A DNA stretch of 64,000 nucleotides from Verrucomicrobiota bacterium (lineage in GTDB: Bacteria; Verrucomicrobiota; Verrucomicrobiia; Limisphaerales; AAA164-E04). This document shows, piece after piece, positions 41,028-51,511 of this stretch (position 1 is its first letter; the number at the start of each line of letters is the position of its first letter). A model generated the notes under the pieces. That model ran no database searches. It was given only the letters and a program-made list of their open reading frames with translations, and was not told the origin of the DNA. Where the stretch lies: positions 1,824,001-1,888,000 of the forward strand of contig CP170459.1 in the NCBI GenBank assembly GCA_047947115.1, in the 5' to 3' direction. The position numbers and the translations under genes were made by a program.

Positions 41028-41327
41028 TTATCCAAGCCGAGACAAAGCGATGGTCTCAATGGCTTTGGCAAGATTCAAATCTTTTTCGGTCACCTTGTTG
41101 CCGGCGTCATGTGTCGTTAGTTGAATTTGGACGCTGTTGTAAACGTTGAACAGCTTGGGGTGGTGGTTCATTCTTTCACAGGCGAATGCCATTTCGGTGA
41201 TGAAGCCCATAGCTTCAGTGAAACAGGAAAAATGATATTCACGGTGAATGGCATTTTCCTCAAACCTCCAACCGGGCAGGGCGACCAAAGCCGCTTGAAC
41301 GGCATCTTCAGTTAATATTGCTTGCAT
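41028..41327 (-). CDS. phhB: Pterin-4-alpha-carbinolamine dehydratase
   Basis: LPGW, F..F.EAMGF, NHHP, YNSV.I.LTTHDAG.VTEKD..LA. Confidence 0.9.
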   Translation of the reverse strand: MQAILTEDAVQAALVALPGWRFEENAIHREYHFSCFTEAMGFITEMAFACERMNHHPKLFNVYNSVQIQLTTHDAGNKVTEKDLNLAKAIETIALSRLG

Positions 41328-41331
41328 ATGT

Positions 41332-41818
41332 CTACTCCACGTTCAAGTAACCTTCTAACCAGCCACGTGAACCCTGTGGCGATATCTTGTCGGCGATGTC
41401 ACTTCCGTCGGCGAGGGTGAACAATATGGCCAGGAGAAATTTGCCTTTGGGTGCGTCGCGTGTGTAGCGTCCTTCTCCCTTGAAATCTCCTTGGGCGACA
41501 AGATCAAAGCTTGTCACTTTCTCTCCATCAGTTTCCACGGTTCCACTGAGTTGGGCATCGAATGTTCGATCTCCCGATTCTGTAGATAGCTTAGCTTTGC
41601 CCGAAACCCTGTCTTGATCCAGTTTGAAATCCACTTCGCGCAATTCCTTTGAACGCCACATGGGTGGTTCGCCCCGGGTATTGTCAACCAGATGAAATCT
41701 GGCCATTCGGAGCTGCAGACTGCGGGGGAATTCTCCGCGAACCAGTAATTCATGCTCCTTTTTAGTTATCCAGAGATTGTCTCTGGAAATGGATTGTTGA
41801 AAGTTGAGATTCATATCA
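41332..41818 (-). pseudogene. 3-prime part of a conserved hypothetical gene, 5-prime end replaced by the duplicated block
   Basis: Protein-like DNLWIT...RFHLVDNTRGEPPMW...RGWLEGYL; upstream sequence switches at 41819 to the duplication. Confidence 0.6.
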
Positions 41819-41938
41819 CATGCTCCCGGGCTCCAGCTCAAAAGAGACATTCTTCAAAACGCTGGTTTGTCCATATCGCATTTGAAGGCCCTTGACCCGT
41901 TCGATGCTGCTTGGTTTATCTGTGTTGTTGGATGGCAC
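41816..41938 (-). pseudogene. 5-prime remnant (40 codons) of the ABC ATPase found intact at 59286-59972
   Basis: Reads [40 protein letters not shown] then TGA at the duplication junction. Confidence 0.85.
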
Positions 41939-44617
41939 ATCGGAGAATATGCCTTATGGGCAGCAGAAGGCAACACGTGCTTGCCATTTCAACGGAGGAA
42001 AGACACTCATCCGGCTCTATTTAGAATCACTATTTTCGCGCCAGCCTTTGTTGGAATCAAGTGGTCATGTCTTGGAATACGAATCTTAATCTGGCGAATC
42101 CCGCCTGCCCGGCAGAAGTGCAAATTTCATGTTTATTACATTTTGTCCCTTGACCCGCATTCCACACGGGTGTCTTTTACTGCCATCGTCGGAAACAAAA
42201 CTAATTTATTTTTAAAAAGGACCCGCAATAAAGTATGAATGAGCGCATGCTATCAAATGATTTTTGGATATTAAGGCCAAGTTCACAATGACAGACAGTT
42301 CAGCAAAAGAAATGTTACAATTATTCTCCACGGTCACTCGCGTCTATCTCACATCAAAGCATTTAGTCACGGGGCTTCATGCTGGCGGACCCTTGGAAGC
42401 TTTCGGAGACTGACACGGATATCTTTGGCCACCAGGATTCATATGTCTGAGTTAGACTGCAAAAGAGGTGAGCGCTTCGCTTCCATGTTGTTGGGAACCT
42501 TCATCGGGGATGCGCATGCGATGCCTGCCCATTGGTATTATGATCGCAATGCTCTGCGGCAGGATTATGGATGGATAACTGATTTCCTCGCACCCCGAAA
42601 TCCCCATCCAGACAGCATTCTTTGGCGCAGTCATTACAAGCCTCTGAATGCAAAGGGAGACATCCTCCACCAGGAATCAGTTTATTGGGGAAAAAGAGGG
42701 GTACATTACCACCAACACCTCGAACCAGGAGAAAACACTCTCAGTCTTCAATTGGCTTGTCTTTTACTGGAAACCTTGAAGCAGTCAGGAAAATATGACG
42801 CGGATGCATACCTGATGCGCTACCGAGATTACATGCTCACACCAGGTAATCATCGTGATACTTACATAGAAGAATGTCATCGTCAGTTTTTTACCAATTA
42901 CGCGAGAGGTAAGAAATTAAGGTCCTGTGGTGGACCCGATAATCACATCGGAGGTCTCGCTTCCGCAGCTATTTTGCTGGTTGGAGGGAATCAGGATCTT
43001 GAAACCGCCAGAGCTGTCGTGAAAGAACACATCAGGTTGACACATCATCATGCTTATTTGGATCGTGCGGCGGATTCATACATCCAAATATTGTGGCATG
43101 TGCTGAACGGACAAGACTTGAGAAATGCCATAGAAGCGCATGCCAAAGAATTTTTTTCAAAACGAAAAGCTCAAACTTGGGAAGCTACTGAGGATGGAGA
43201 GGTAGTTGATCATCATTTCAGTTCAGCTTGTTACATCGATAAAGCCTTTCCAGCTTCTTTGTATTTGGCATGGAAATACGCTGACTCTTTTCGCGAAGGC
43301 ATCATCGCAAACACAAACATAGGCGGCGATAATTGCCACCGTGGAGCAGTAGTAGGAGCCCTCTTGGGAGCAGCTGCAGGTTTGAACAAGATTCCTGAGC
43401 AGTGGATAAATCGCCTTAAATTGAGCCCACGCCTGACAGATCTTCAGGGCCAGAAACGATACTCCAGCACATGAAGCGAACGCTCTGCTGGAAGGTTGCT
43501 AAAAAAATAGGGAAACTGTCGCCTATCATTTTCAGAACCATCTTGGAAACAACTCAAATGCAATCGAATCATTCTAACAATGTAAAGCCGACCAGCTTTT
43601 TGCCCGAAGATCGAAAAGCGGCTGCGTTCCCCCCAACTTATCCCACCGCAAGATTGTTATCAGGTATTTCAGCAGTGGGGGTAATGAACCTCCTTTGCCT
43701 AGCCCTGTTAGCCACGGGGGTCTTCCACACTTTGATCCCAATGGTCTCCGACAACGCATTGACAGATTTACTTGTTGTTTTGGCCTTCGTTCTTGCATAT
43801 GCGATGATCATGTCGCCCTTGGATTTTATCACCGGTCATTGGATTCCCGGGCAATATGGCCGTCCAGTCACCCTGAAACTAAGAACCTATTTGAAGGGAA
43901 GCCTCCTGCACTGCCTCGTGCTGGGTAGTTCCATTTTAATTTTGCATGGAGCCGGTCAAATTGGAGGACTGTCCTTAGCTGCCCTGTTGCTGATCTTAAT
44001 CTTCATCTTTGCGATTCGTTTTCAACTGCATACCGCAATTTGTGTCGGAGTCCTCCAGAAGATGGATGGTCCTTGTCATATTCTTCCAGACTTGGAGGCG
44101 ATTTGGGTTGAAAGCAAAGATCCCTGTTTTTCGGGAGGCATTGTGGGATTGCCGGGACGAGAGCAAATCATCTTGCCGTCCAAATGGTATCATGCTTATG
44201 GTGCCGACTTCATGAGGTATCTTCACATGCGTCGCCAAAAGGCCACACACTCAGGTTGGCGCAGTCGAGGGATGATATTTGCTGGTGCTTGGGTGTTGAT
44301 GAGTTTCCTCCTTTCGGCTTACTTGGTTGGCTTTCCAGAGGGCGGGCTGATTTCCACATTGCATCTCAGTTTACTATCGTCTGTCTTTCATTTCCTGGGG
44401 CTCCTAATACTTCCCACACCCAGCCGACGTGCGACATTGGCCATCGATCACTGGATGCAACAAAGCATCGGCTCTGAACATGCTTTTAAAGATTGGATTC
44501 AGAAATTTTCCAACATGACAGATGGAGAGGTTCAGCGTGGTCGATGGATTGAAAGAATTTTCCATCCTATCCCAGCAGTGCAAAACCGACTTCATCAATA
44601 CCGATCAACTCATTTGA
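41819..44617. repeat. Diverged direct duplication, copy 1
   Basis: Colinear with 59853-62391 from CATGCT.CCGGGCTC to GATCAACTCATTTGA. Confidence 0.95.
42443..43474 (+). CDS. ADP-ribosylglycohydrolase family protein, copy 1
   Basis: IGDAHAMPAHWYY, GENT, NTNIGGDNCHRGAVVGALLGA, IPEQWI. Confidence 0.85.
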   Translation: MSELDCKRGERFASMLLGTFIGDAHAMPAHWYYDRNALRQDYGWITDFLAPRNPHPDSILWRSHYKPLNAKGDILHQESVYWGKRGVHYHQHLEPGENTLSLQLACLLLETLKQSGKYDADAYLMRYRDYMLTPGNHRDTYIEECHRQFFTNYARGKKLRSCGGPDNHIGGLASAAILLVGGNQDLETARAVVKEHIRLTHHHAYLDRAADSYIQILWHVLNGQDLRNAIEAHAKEFFSKRKAQTWEATEDGEVVDHHFSSACYIDKAFPASLYLAWKYADSFREGIIANTNIGGDNCHRGAVVGALLGAAAGLNKIPEQWINRLKLSPRLTDLQGQKRYSST

Positions 44618-44739
44618 TCGGGTGGAATTCAAATCGAATGATGCTTTACTTTTCGATTTTTTCAGGAGGTCTCATGTCTCGAGCGGTTCACTGTAACATC
44701 GGCAAGCCCGAACTGTGGATAATGGCACCAGCTGATTAA
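43558..44739 (+). CDS. Multi-pass membrane protein, M48/Ste24-like architecture without HExxH
   Basis: About 6 TM; GGIVGLPGREQIILP, SRRATLAIDH, IFHPIP..QNRL mirror M48 motifs. Confidence 0.6.
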   Translation: MQSNHSNNVKPTSFLPEDRKAAAFPPTYPTARLLSGISAVGVMNLLCLALLATGVFHTLIPMVSDNALTDLLVVLAFVLAYAMIMSPLDFITGHWIPGQYGRPVTLKLRTYLKGSLLHCLVLGSSILILHGAGQIGGLSLAALLLILIFIFAIRFQLHTAICVGVLQKMDGPCHILPDLEAIWVESKDPCFSGGIVGLPGREQIILPSKWYHAYGADFMRYLHMRRQKATHSGWRSRGMIFAGAWVLMSFLLSAYLVGFPEGGLISTLHLSLLSSVFHFLGLLILPTPSRRATLAIDHWMQQSIGSEHAFKDWIQKFSNMTDGEVQRGRWIERIFHPIPAVQNRLHQYRSTHLIGWNSNRMMLYFSIFSGGLMSRAVHCNIGKPELWIMAPAD

Positions 44740-44853
44740 CCTCCATTCTGAGAAATACCTCTTTTCATCCATTTTGTCTCAGCTTTTGGTTATCATGCCT
44801 GCCAACCTCAAACATTCCCACTAACTCGATCTTACTCTATCATTCCTGCCAGC

Positions 44854-45912
44854 ATGTATCTTCTATCTGCATCTCACGCCGTACCTGAACGATCTTACAC
44901 ACAGGGGGATTGCTTGAAGGCATTTCAAGCGTCCACTCACTACGATCAACTATCGCGCAGTTCACAGACGCTTCTGAAAAAAGTCCTTGCGGCAGACAAT
45001 GGTATACGTACTCGTAGACTAGCCCTCTCATCCATCGAGGATGCCTTTGTTTTGAATCCGGATGTCCTTCACCAAAGATTTGTGCAATACGCTCCCAGGC
45101 TTGCCTCCGATTCGATTCTAAAAGCCATTGAGCAAGCTGGACTGCATACGGGTGATATAGATGGTTTGATCGTGAGTACTTGCACCGGATATTTGTGTCC
45201 AGGGCTGACCAGTTACATCAGTGAAAGGACCGGTATCAGGCGAAACGCCATTATGCTTGATCTGGTCGGTCACGGATGTGGTGCTGCCATACCTAACCTA
45301 CGAACGGCGCATGCTCTGATCAAATCAGGACAGGCAGCCAAAGTTGTTTCGGTTTGTGTTGAAGTCTGTAGTGCCGCATTCTACATAGACAATGATCCAG
45401 GTGTACTGATAAGTGCCTGCTTGTTCGGGGATGGGGCAGGGGCGGTTGTTTGTTCTGATGCCCCCGCGGGAGATCGGCGTCTTGTGGAGTGGGTTGATGC
45501 CTCCTCATTCCTCAGAACAGAGAAACGTGACAGTTTACGATTTGAGCATCGAAATGGAATGTTAAGAAACATTCTTTCTTCGGAGACTCCAGTTATTGCT
45601 GCTGAAAGTGCACAATATGATCTCGAGCACATGTTGGAAAAAGCAGGTCTGGAAAAGGGAATGATACAGGCTTGGATCACTCATGCAGGCGGTAAACGTG
45701 TGCTGGAAGCCTTGACGGATCGAATGGGCTTGAAGGATGCCGATCTTTCAATAAGCCGGACATTGCTGAGAGACTATGGCAATATCAGCAGTCCATTTGT
45801 GCTCCTTGCGCTGGAGCATCACCTTCAACTTCCTTCCCCCTCCGGTTTCTGGTGGATGAATTCATTTGGGGCGGGATTCAGCAGCCATGGTATCTTACTC
45901 AAAGCATATTAA
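44854..45912 (+). CDS. Type III polyketide synthase (chalcone/stilbene synthase family)
   Basis: Cys-His-Asn triad GHGC / THAGG / YGNISS; STCTG, EVCS, LFGDGA, FGAGF. Confidence 0.93.
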   Translation: MYLLSASHAVPERSYTQGDCLKAFQASTHYDQLSRSSQTLLKKVLAADNGIRTRRLALSSIEDAFVLNPDVLHQRFVQYAPRLASDSILKAIEQAGLHTGDIDGLIVSTCTGYLCPGLTSYISERTGIRRNAIMLDLVGHGCGAAIPNLRTAHALIKSGQAAKVVSVCVEVCSAAFYIDNDPGVLISACLFGDGAGAVVCSDAPAGDRRLVEWVDASSFLRTEKRDSLRFEHRNGMLRNILSSETPVIAAESAQYDLEHMLEKAGLEKGMIQAWITHAGGKRVLEALTDRMGLKDADLSISRTLLRDYGNISSPFVLLALEHHLQLPSPSGFWWMNSFGAGFSSHGILLKAY

Positions 45913-46624
45913 ACCATTTTTCAGTCCGATACCTCGAAAGGTAGAGCCTGAAATACTCGATGAATTATCGCCACTGGATGAAGGTGCGAAACAATCGCGC
46001 AAGGATCTGGTATTGATCAATAAGATAATGGGGCATGCCCGATTGTTGAGCAATGCACTCTCCGAAGTAATGCAAAAGCGAGGTCCCATTCGAATTGCCG
46101 AAATGGGTGCGGGTGATGGAATTCTCGCAACAAGAATTTTCAAAACGTTTGGGCAAGTAAATGCCGGGAGCACACTGCATTTCATAGATCGTAGCCAGAC
46201 ACTTGCGAAGGAAGCAAGACAGCCGCTCGAGCGACAAGGGTGGCAAGTGGTCGAACATGTGCGAGATATTCAAGATTGGCTTGATGAATCCACGGAGTTG
46301 TTGGATGCCTGCTATGCGAATCTTTTTTTACATCATTTTGATGATGCATCATTAAAGCACTTGATGCATCCACTTATGCGTCGGACTCGCCAGTTTGTGT
46401 GTTGTGAACCGCGTCGTCATCGTATGGGATTACTCGGTGCGGCCGGTTTACGGCTGCTTGGTTGTCATGACGTGACTCTGCATGACGCTTATGTGAGTGT
46501 GAAAGCCGGATTTCGAGCAACCGAATTGTCCTCCATTTGGAATTCCGGGGCCAAAGAACAATGGATACTTTCCGAACGTTCTTCCGGCTTATTCTCTCAC
46601 TTTTTTAAAGCCAGTGCTCCATGA
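45887..46624 (+). CDS. SAM-dependent methyltransferase (T3PKS-associated type)
   Basis: PEILD, EMGAGDG motif I, NLFLHHF, CEPRR, HDA..SV.AGF. Confidence 0.88.
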   Translation: MVSYSKHIKPFFSPIPRKVEPEILDELSPLDEGAKQSRKDLVLINKIMGHARLLSNALSEVMQKRGPIRIAEMGAGDGILATRIFKTFGQVNAGSTLHFIDRSQTLAKEARQPLERQGWQVVEHVRDIQDWLDESTELLDACYANLFLHHFDDASLKHLMHPLMRRTRQFVCCEPRRHRMGLLGAAGLRLLGCHDVTLHDAYVSVKAGFRATELSSIWNSGAKEQWILSERSSGLFSHFFKASAP

Positions 46625-47667
46625 AATGTCGCAAAATCCACATCATTGGAGGTGGGGTCAGTGGTTTGGCACTTGGGATCAAGCTTCAGCAAATAGGAGT
46701 TGATTCACTCATATCGGAGGCTGGAACGTATCCTCGGCATCGTGTCTGTGGCGAGTTCCTCAGCGGTAAGGGAATTCAGTTACTTCACCTCCTTGGCTTA
46801 TACGACCCATTCATGACGGAAGGGGCAGTCCTCGCACACACGATTAAATGTTATACAAGCGAATCAGAATCTCCAATCTTGCCTCTTAATGAGCCTGCTC
46901 TATGCCTTTCCCGATACTCAATGGACGAGATAATGGCATCTCGTTATCGAGCGCTTGGCGGTGAGTTGAAACTCAAGCAAAGATGCCCCATGCGACTACA
47001 TACCAGAGAAACGGGCACTGTTTTTGCAACGGGTAGACTTCCAAACTTGAAACGTGAAACGGCACTTCTCGGATATAAATGGCACGTCGAAAACTTAACA
47101 CTTGAAGCGGACTTGGAGATGCATTTCACACCTCTAGGTTACGTTGGTCTATGTCGTGTGGAGCATAACAAGGTCAACATCTGTGGGTTAACGAAAGTTA
47201 AAGGCACGTCGATGAACATCAAGAAGGAGTGGAGACATTTCTTGAACCAAAACCTTCATCATAGAAGGCGAGAAGCTGTCATGAACTCAGAAATTGTTCC
47301 GACCAGTGTTTGCTTCACTTCAGGCTTGAGTTATCCGATCACCACTCCGCGCATTGCTGACGGAGCTATACAAATTGGAGATCTGGGCGCCTGCATACCT
47401 CCCTTAACGGGCAACGGCATGTCTATGGCTATGGAGTCGGCTATGATGAGTGCACAGATTCTCAAAAGCTATCATGAGGGAAGCACTAATTGGCAGAATG
47501 CCGTTTTCACTATCCAAAGACAATCCCAGAAACATTTTCGAAGACGACTTATTTGTGCCAACCCGATGCATCATTTACTCATGTCAAGCCGTCTGCATGG
47601 TTTGCGTAGGTGGTTGGTGGAACATTTGCCTTATTATCATCAACCTCTATTCTCACTAACACGCTAA
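46621..47667 (+). CDS. FAD-dependent oxidoreductase / monooxygenase (geranylgeranyl reductase-like)
   Basis: IIGGGVSG, YPRHRVCGEFLS, ATGR, GYVGL, IGD....PPLTGNGMSMA. Confidence 0.88.
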   Translation: MKCRKIHIIGGGVSGLALGIKLQQIGVDSLISEAGTYPRHRVCGEFLSGKGIQLLHLLGLYDPFMTEGAVLAHTIKCYTSESESPILPLNEPALCLSRYSMDEIMASRYRALGGELKLKQRCPMRLHTRETGTVFATGRLPNLKRETALLGYKWHVENLTLEADLEMHFTPLGYVGLCRVEHNKVNICGLTKVKGTSMNIKKEWRHFLNQNLHHRRREAVMNSEIVPTSVCFTSGLSYPITTPRIADGAIQIGDLGACIPPLTGNGMSMAMESAMMSAQILKSYHEGSTNWQNAVFTIQRQSQKHFRRRLICANPMHHLLMSSRLHGLRRWLVEHLPYYHQPLFSLTR

Positions 47668-47985
47668 CGCGCCTTGGTAATCGACATTGAACTGGCGGAT
47701 AACTGATAGCGGAAAATTTCCGGTGCTTCCGTCATCAACTGTTAATTTGGGGAACGTTGCCCGAGAATCCTGGTTGTGAAGGGCGGCCGAAAAGTGCAGC
47801 GGGGGGCAGTTGAAAAGTGCGGCACTTGATTGTTGTTTAGTTCCATTGGTGGTTGGGGTCAAGATTTCAGTAGGGCTACGTTCGGCTGAGGTTCGCAGGG
47901 ATTGACGGAGCCGGAGCGTAGCGGAGGCGGAGGAAAGCCCTGCGGGGCGCCCCCCCCATCTCTACCATTCGTTCCTGATTGGGAT

Positions 47986-48750
47986 TCATGATTTCCTATT
48001 CTTTCGTTTCTTGGAGTCCTTCAGGCGATAACTCTCCCCATTGGCTTCAAGGATATGAACGCGATGTGTCAGGAGATCAAGCATGGCTCCCGTGAGGCGT
48101 TCGCTTCCCATGACTTCTGTCCATTGTTCAAAGGGCAAATTGGTCGTTACTACCAGACTTGTTCGTTCGTAGGCCCGACTGACAACATCAAATAGCAGTT
48201 CGGCTCCTGTTTTTGAAAACGGGACGTATCCCAGTTCATCTAAAATGATCAAGTGGTGACGCTCCAACTGCTTTTTGAAACGCTGCAAAGTTCGTTCCTC
48301 TCGATGTTCCAGAAGCGTCGTCACCAGTCCGGCAACACTGAAAAACTTTACCTTGAGTCCCTGCATGCAGGCAGCGTGTCCCAATGCTGTCGCCAAGTGG
48401 GATTTTCCTGTGCCAGGATTGCCCACCAATAGGACATTTTCTTTACGTTGCACAAACTCACCCCTTATCAACTCTCGGACACTGGCTTCATTGATTGAGG
48501 GCTGCATCGTAAAATCAAAGCTGTCCAGGGTCTTTAAAATCGGGAACATCGCTTGCCGGATACGTCTTTCAGAAGCACGTTGCTCACGTTCGATCAATTC
48601 ACGTTCGGTTAATCGCAACAAAAACTCGGCATATCCACTACGTTCCTTCGCGCACAACTGAGCCATCGATTCATATTCCCTTAAAATCGTTGGCAGTTTG
48701 AGCGCCTTGAGATGGTGAGCGAGCAGAACATTTGGTACATCCTTGTTCAT
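47986..48750 (-). CDS. istB: IS21 helper ATPase
   Basis: GNPGTGKSHLA Walker A, LIILDELGY Walker B, TTNLPF, GESYR. Confidence 0.95.
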   Translation of the reverse strand: MNKDVPNVLLAHHLKALKLPTILREYESMAQLCAKERSGYAEFLLRLTERELIEREQRASERRIRQAMFPILKTLDSFDFTMQPSINEASVRELIRGEFVQRKENVLLVGNPGTGKSHLATALGHAACMQGLKVKFFSVAGLVTTLLEHREERTLQRFKKQLERHHLIILDELGYVPFSKTGAELLFDVVSRAYERTSLVVTTNLPFEQWTEVMGSERLTGAMLDLLTHRVHILEANGESYRLKDSKKRKNRKS

Positions 48751-50244
48751 CGTTCACCTCCCACCAATTGGGCATACTCACTCAAGTCCGGTGCTTTGAC
48801 CCAAACATGTTTCAAATGAGGATGCCCATCCAGGTTGAAGGTTTGTTCACACCATGTCTCTTGAGGATAAAAAATGAGCCACCGCATCTCGGGTGATAGC
48901 TCCATACTCCAGAGCCTTGGATAATGCGCGCACCAACGCTGGCATGGAATGCTTCTCCAGTAAGCGAAGGATTTTGATATACTCTCGAACACCTTCACCC
49001 CCGTATTGGTTTTCCAGGCGTTTTCGCAGAGTGGTGAACGTTTCCGGTAGTTCCCATTTATCCAGCGGTAACGCGTGATCTAATGCACCAGGTTTACGTT
49101 CCAACAACGCCAAGTAATGCACTGGTTCAAACTTAACTTTTTCCTTGTCCCAAATCCGCGAATGACGAGCAACTTCTTGTCCTTGTGCATAAAGGAATAC
49201 TTCCCAGCAAAATCCTTTGGCAACGATGGGATGATGCGCCCAGCAGACCGGAACAGAATAATCATTGCAATCAAAACGCACCAAAGACAGGGAATTAGCT
49301 GTGGTAGACACTTTTCGAGCTGCTTCAAATGGGCTGGCAGGCAATGGAATCATGGCTGCCTGATCTTCAGTTAGGAGAACCTCTTTAGAATCGGATTTAC
49401 CCCTGAGTCGACGTTTAAGTTCTTCCTGACATTGTTGCCTGAGTTGTGCATTGAGCTCTTCAAAATCCCGCACTTGAGGCACTGGAACCATGAAGTTGAG
49501 TCGAGTGTATTTGACCAATCCTTCCACCACACCTTTTTCATTACCACGAGCCGGAAGGCAAAAGTGATGATCAAAAAGATAATGGCTTTTGAGTTGGAGA
49601 AAACCATGTGTCAGACGCCGTTGTCTCGATCCGATAATCTTGGATACAGCAATCCTGGTGTTGTCGTAGGTGATGCGTTTGGGAACACCGTTGAAAAACT
49701 CGAAAGCTTGAACATGCCCTTCTTGGAATGTCTCTGTGTTCTCACGCTCAAAGGCCATTACAAAAACGGCGTCACTGTGAGGCAATGACATCACAAAGAA
49801 TGGGATCTTTCGAAGCTGGCCTCCTACGCAAGCAAGAGCATGCCCAAAATCGACCTGAGCCTCTCCAGGAGGATGTTTGAGGGGGATGAAGACTTCCTGA
49901 TTCTTTTGGGTAAGACGTCTTACAGCCTCCCTGACAGTAGAATAGGCCCCTTGATAACCATTTTCATCTCGAAGCCGCTCCCAGATGCGCTTGGCTGTGT
50001 GCCTCTGTTTTTTGTGAATTTTGAGATCATCCTCAAGGATTTGCTTAATCCGGTCCTCAAAAGGACCAATTTTGGGACGTTCACGCGGTTTGGTTAATTG
50101 ATAACCAGGAGGTTCACTATGAGTTAGGATCTTGTTCAGGGTTCGCCAATGCATCCCTGTTTCCCGTAGTATGCTGCGCTTGCTGACTCCATCAACAAGC
50201 ACCCTTCTTCTTATGTTATTCCATTGTTCCATATCGGCATACAT
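48747..50244 (-). CDS. istA: IS21 transposase with a frameshift near the C-terminus
   Basis: EAQVDFG, YDN, EKGVVE DDE pattern; C-terminal tail continues in another frame after the A6 run at about 48869-48874. Confidence 0.9.
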
Positions 50245-50741
50245 GCTCCTTTCTTAGCATGATGCCGCACTTTTCGACTGTCACTTTCCTGACCCCAACC
50301 CGCCGCACTTTTCGACTGGCGCCCACACATATTGTTGCGCAGTGCAGCTGCTTGCACTGAAGGTTGGGGAGTCGCAAACAGGTTAAGTAAGGAAACGTTT
50401 TGCATAAGCAAGGGGCACGCCGTTGATTTCACTGAATTCCATAAACCGATTTCAATCGTGCGGTAGAAAATCAGTTCAAAAATCATGGCATTTAAGGTGG
50501 ATGTCTGATTGCTTTCAGGGCTCATATTTACTTCCTTCCATGTTCAAGAGAAGCTTTTTCTTCTGCCTTTTGCCAAACTCCATGTTTAGGATTACGACTT
50601 GACCTTGTTTGCAGGAAAATAGTTGGAATGCAATGTATTAGCTTTTTGAATTTCCTGCATTATGGCGTTTTCCAGCAGCGCATCGCCACTCATGATTAGC
50701 AAGGGACTCTTGCCGCGGGATAACTGGGGATGGTTATGACG

Positions 50742-50845
50742 TTTGCCAAAAGTAATTTCAGAAAAAACTCTGCGTTACTGCTTCTCTAGCGCAGCGGGCG
50801 TGAGAATAAGAAGCATCAGCGAGCCCTTATGCGCAAATACTTTTG
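50742..50845. repeat. ~100-bp dispersed repeat, copy 2
   Basis: Matches 36170-36271. Confidence 0.7.
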
Positions 50846-51495
50846 GCAGCACGCAACCATTTGTGATTCATCAGGAGATAATACAATTCCAGAAACAGGG
50901 CTCGTGAAGCTATGGAAATGTTTATCTTCTTGGCCTGACTCAATATCAAATCGAGTGAGTTTTGCATGATTGCTTCCAACATAAAGATGAGTCTTTCGTC
51001 TGCGAACTCTAAAGTCGTTACTAATCGACCAGGTGTCGCCAAGACCTGAATAGGGTGAAGACTCTCCGTATTTAATATCGCGATTCTTGCTGTGTCAAAA
51101 ATCGCCAAAAGGTTGGTCTCTGGATTCACTGAGAACGTTCGAAGATCGGTTGTAAGTGGGATCTCGGTTTCGAGGAATCCTGTCAATAGGTTCCAGGTCC
51201 GAATAGCTTTTTTGAAGTCCTTTAAGGATGGGGTTCCCGTTTCATTAACTGCAGTGTCCCATGGAAATGCCTCTATGGTCTGCTGAGTTGTCCAAGTCTC
51301 ACTCGGATTTTCTGTCACATTAAAATGAACATCTCGACGCCGTTCGTGGATCAGGACAACAAAGACATAGAGCGCGCGGAAGGTGGCTGTAGGAACTGTG
51401 AAGAAGTCGATGGATGCCACCACTTTGGCTTCATTGGTGAGAAAGGCTTCAGCTTTGTTGAGTTCTTGCTCATGGCGGGCCATTCTTTTAATCAT
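50827..51495 (-). pseudogene. Chimeric remnant: integrase-core (rve-like) fragment joined to unrelated sequence
   Basis: DFFTVPTATFRALYVFVVL.HERR..VHFNVT.NP...WT.QQ..EAFPW is transposase-like; the rest is unrelated. Confidence 0.7.
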
Positions 51496-51511
51496 TTGTG
51501 AGTTGGTAAAC

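Larger units (their letters stand above)
47775..50327 (-). mobile_element. IS21-family insertion sequence (probably decayed)
   Basis: Terminal IRs TGTGAAGGGCGGCCGAAAAGTGCAGC / TGTGGGCGCCAGTCGAAAAGTGCGGC, each with an internal second repeat; istA-istB pair. Confidence 0.93.
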
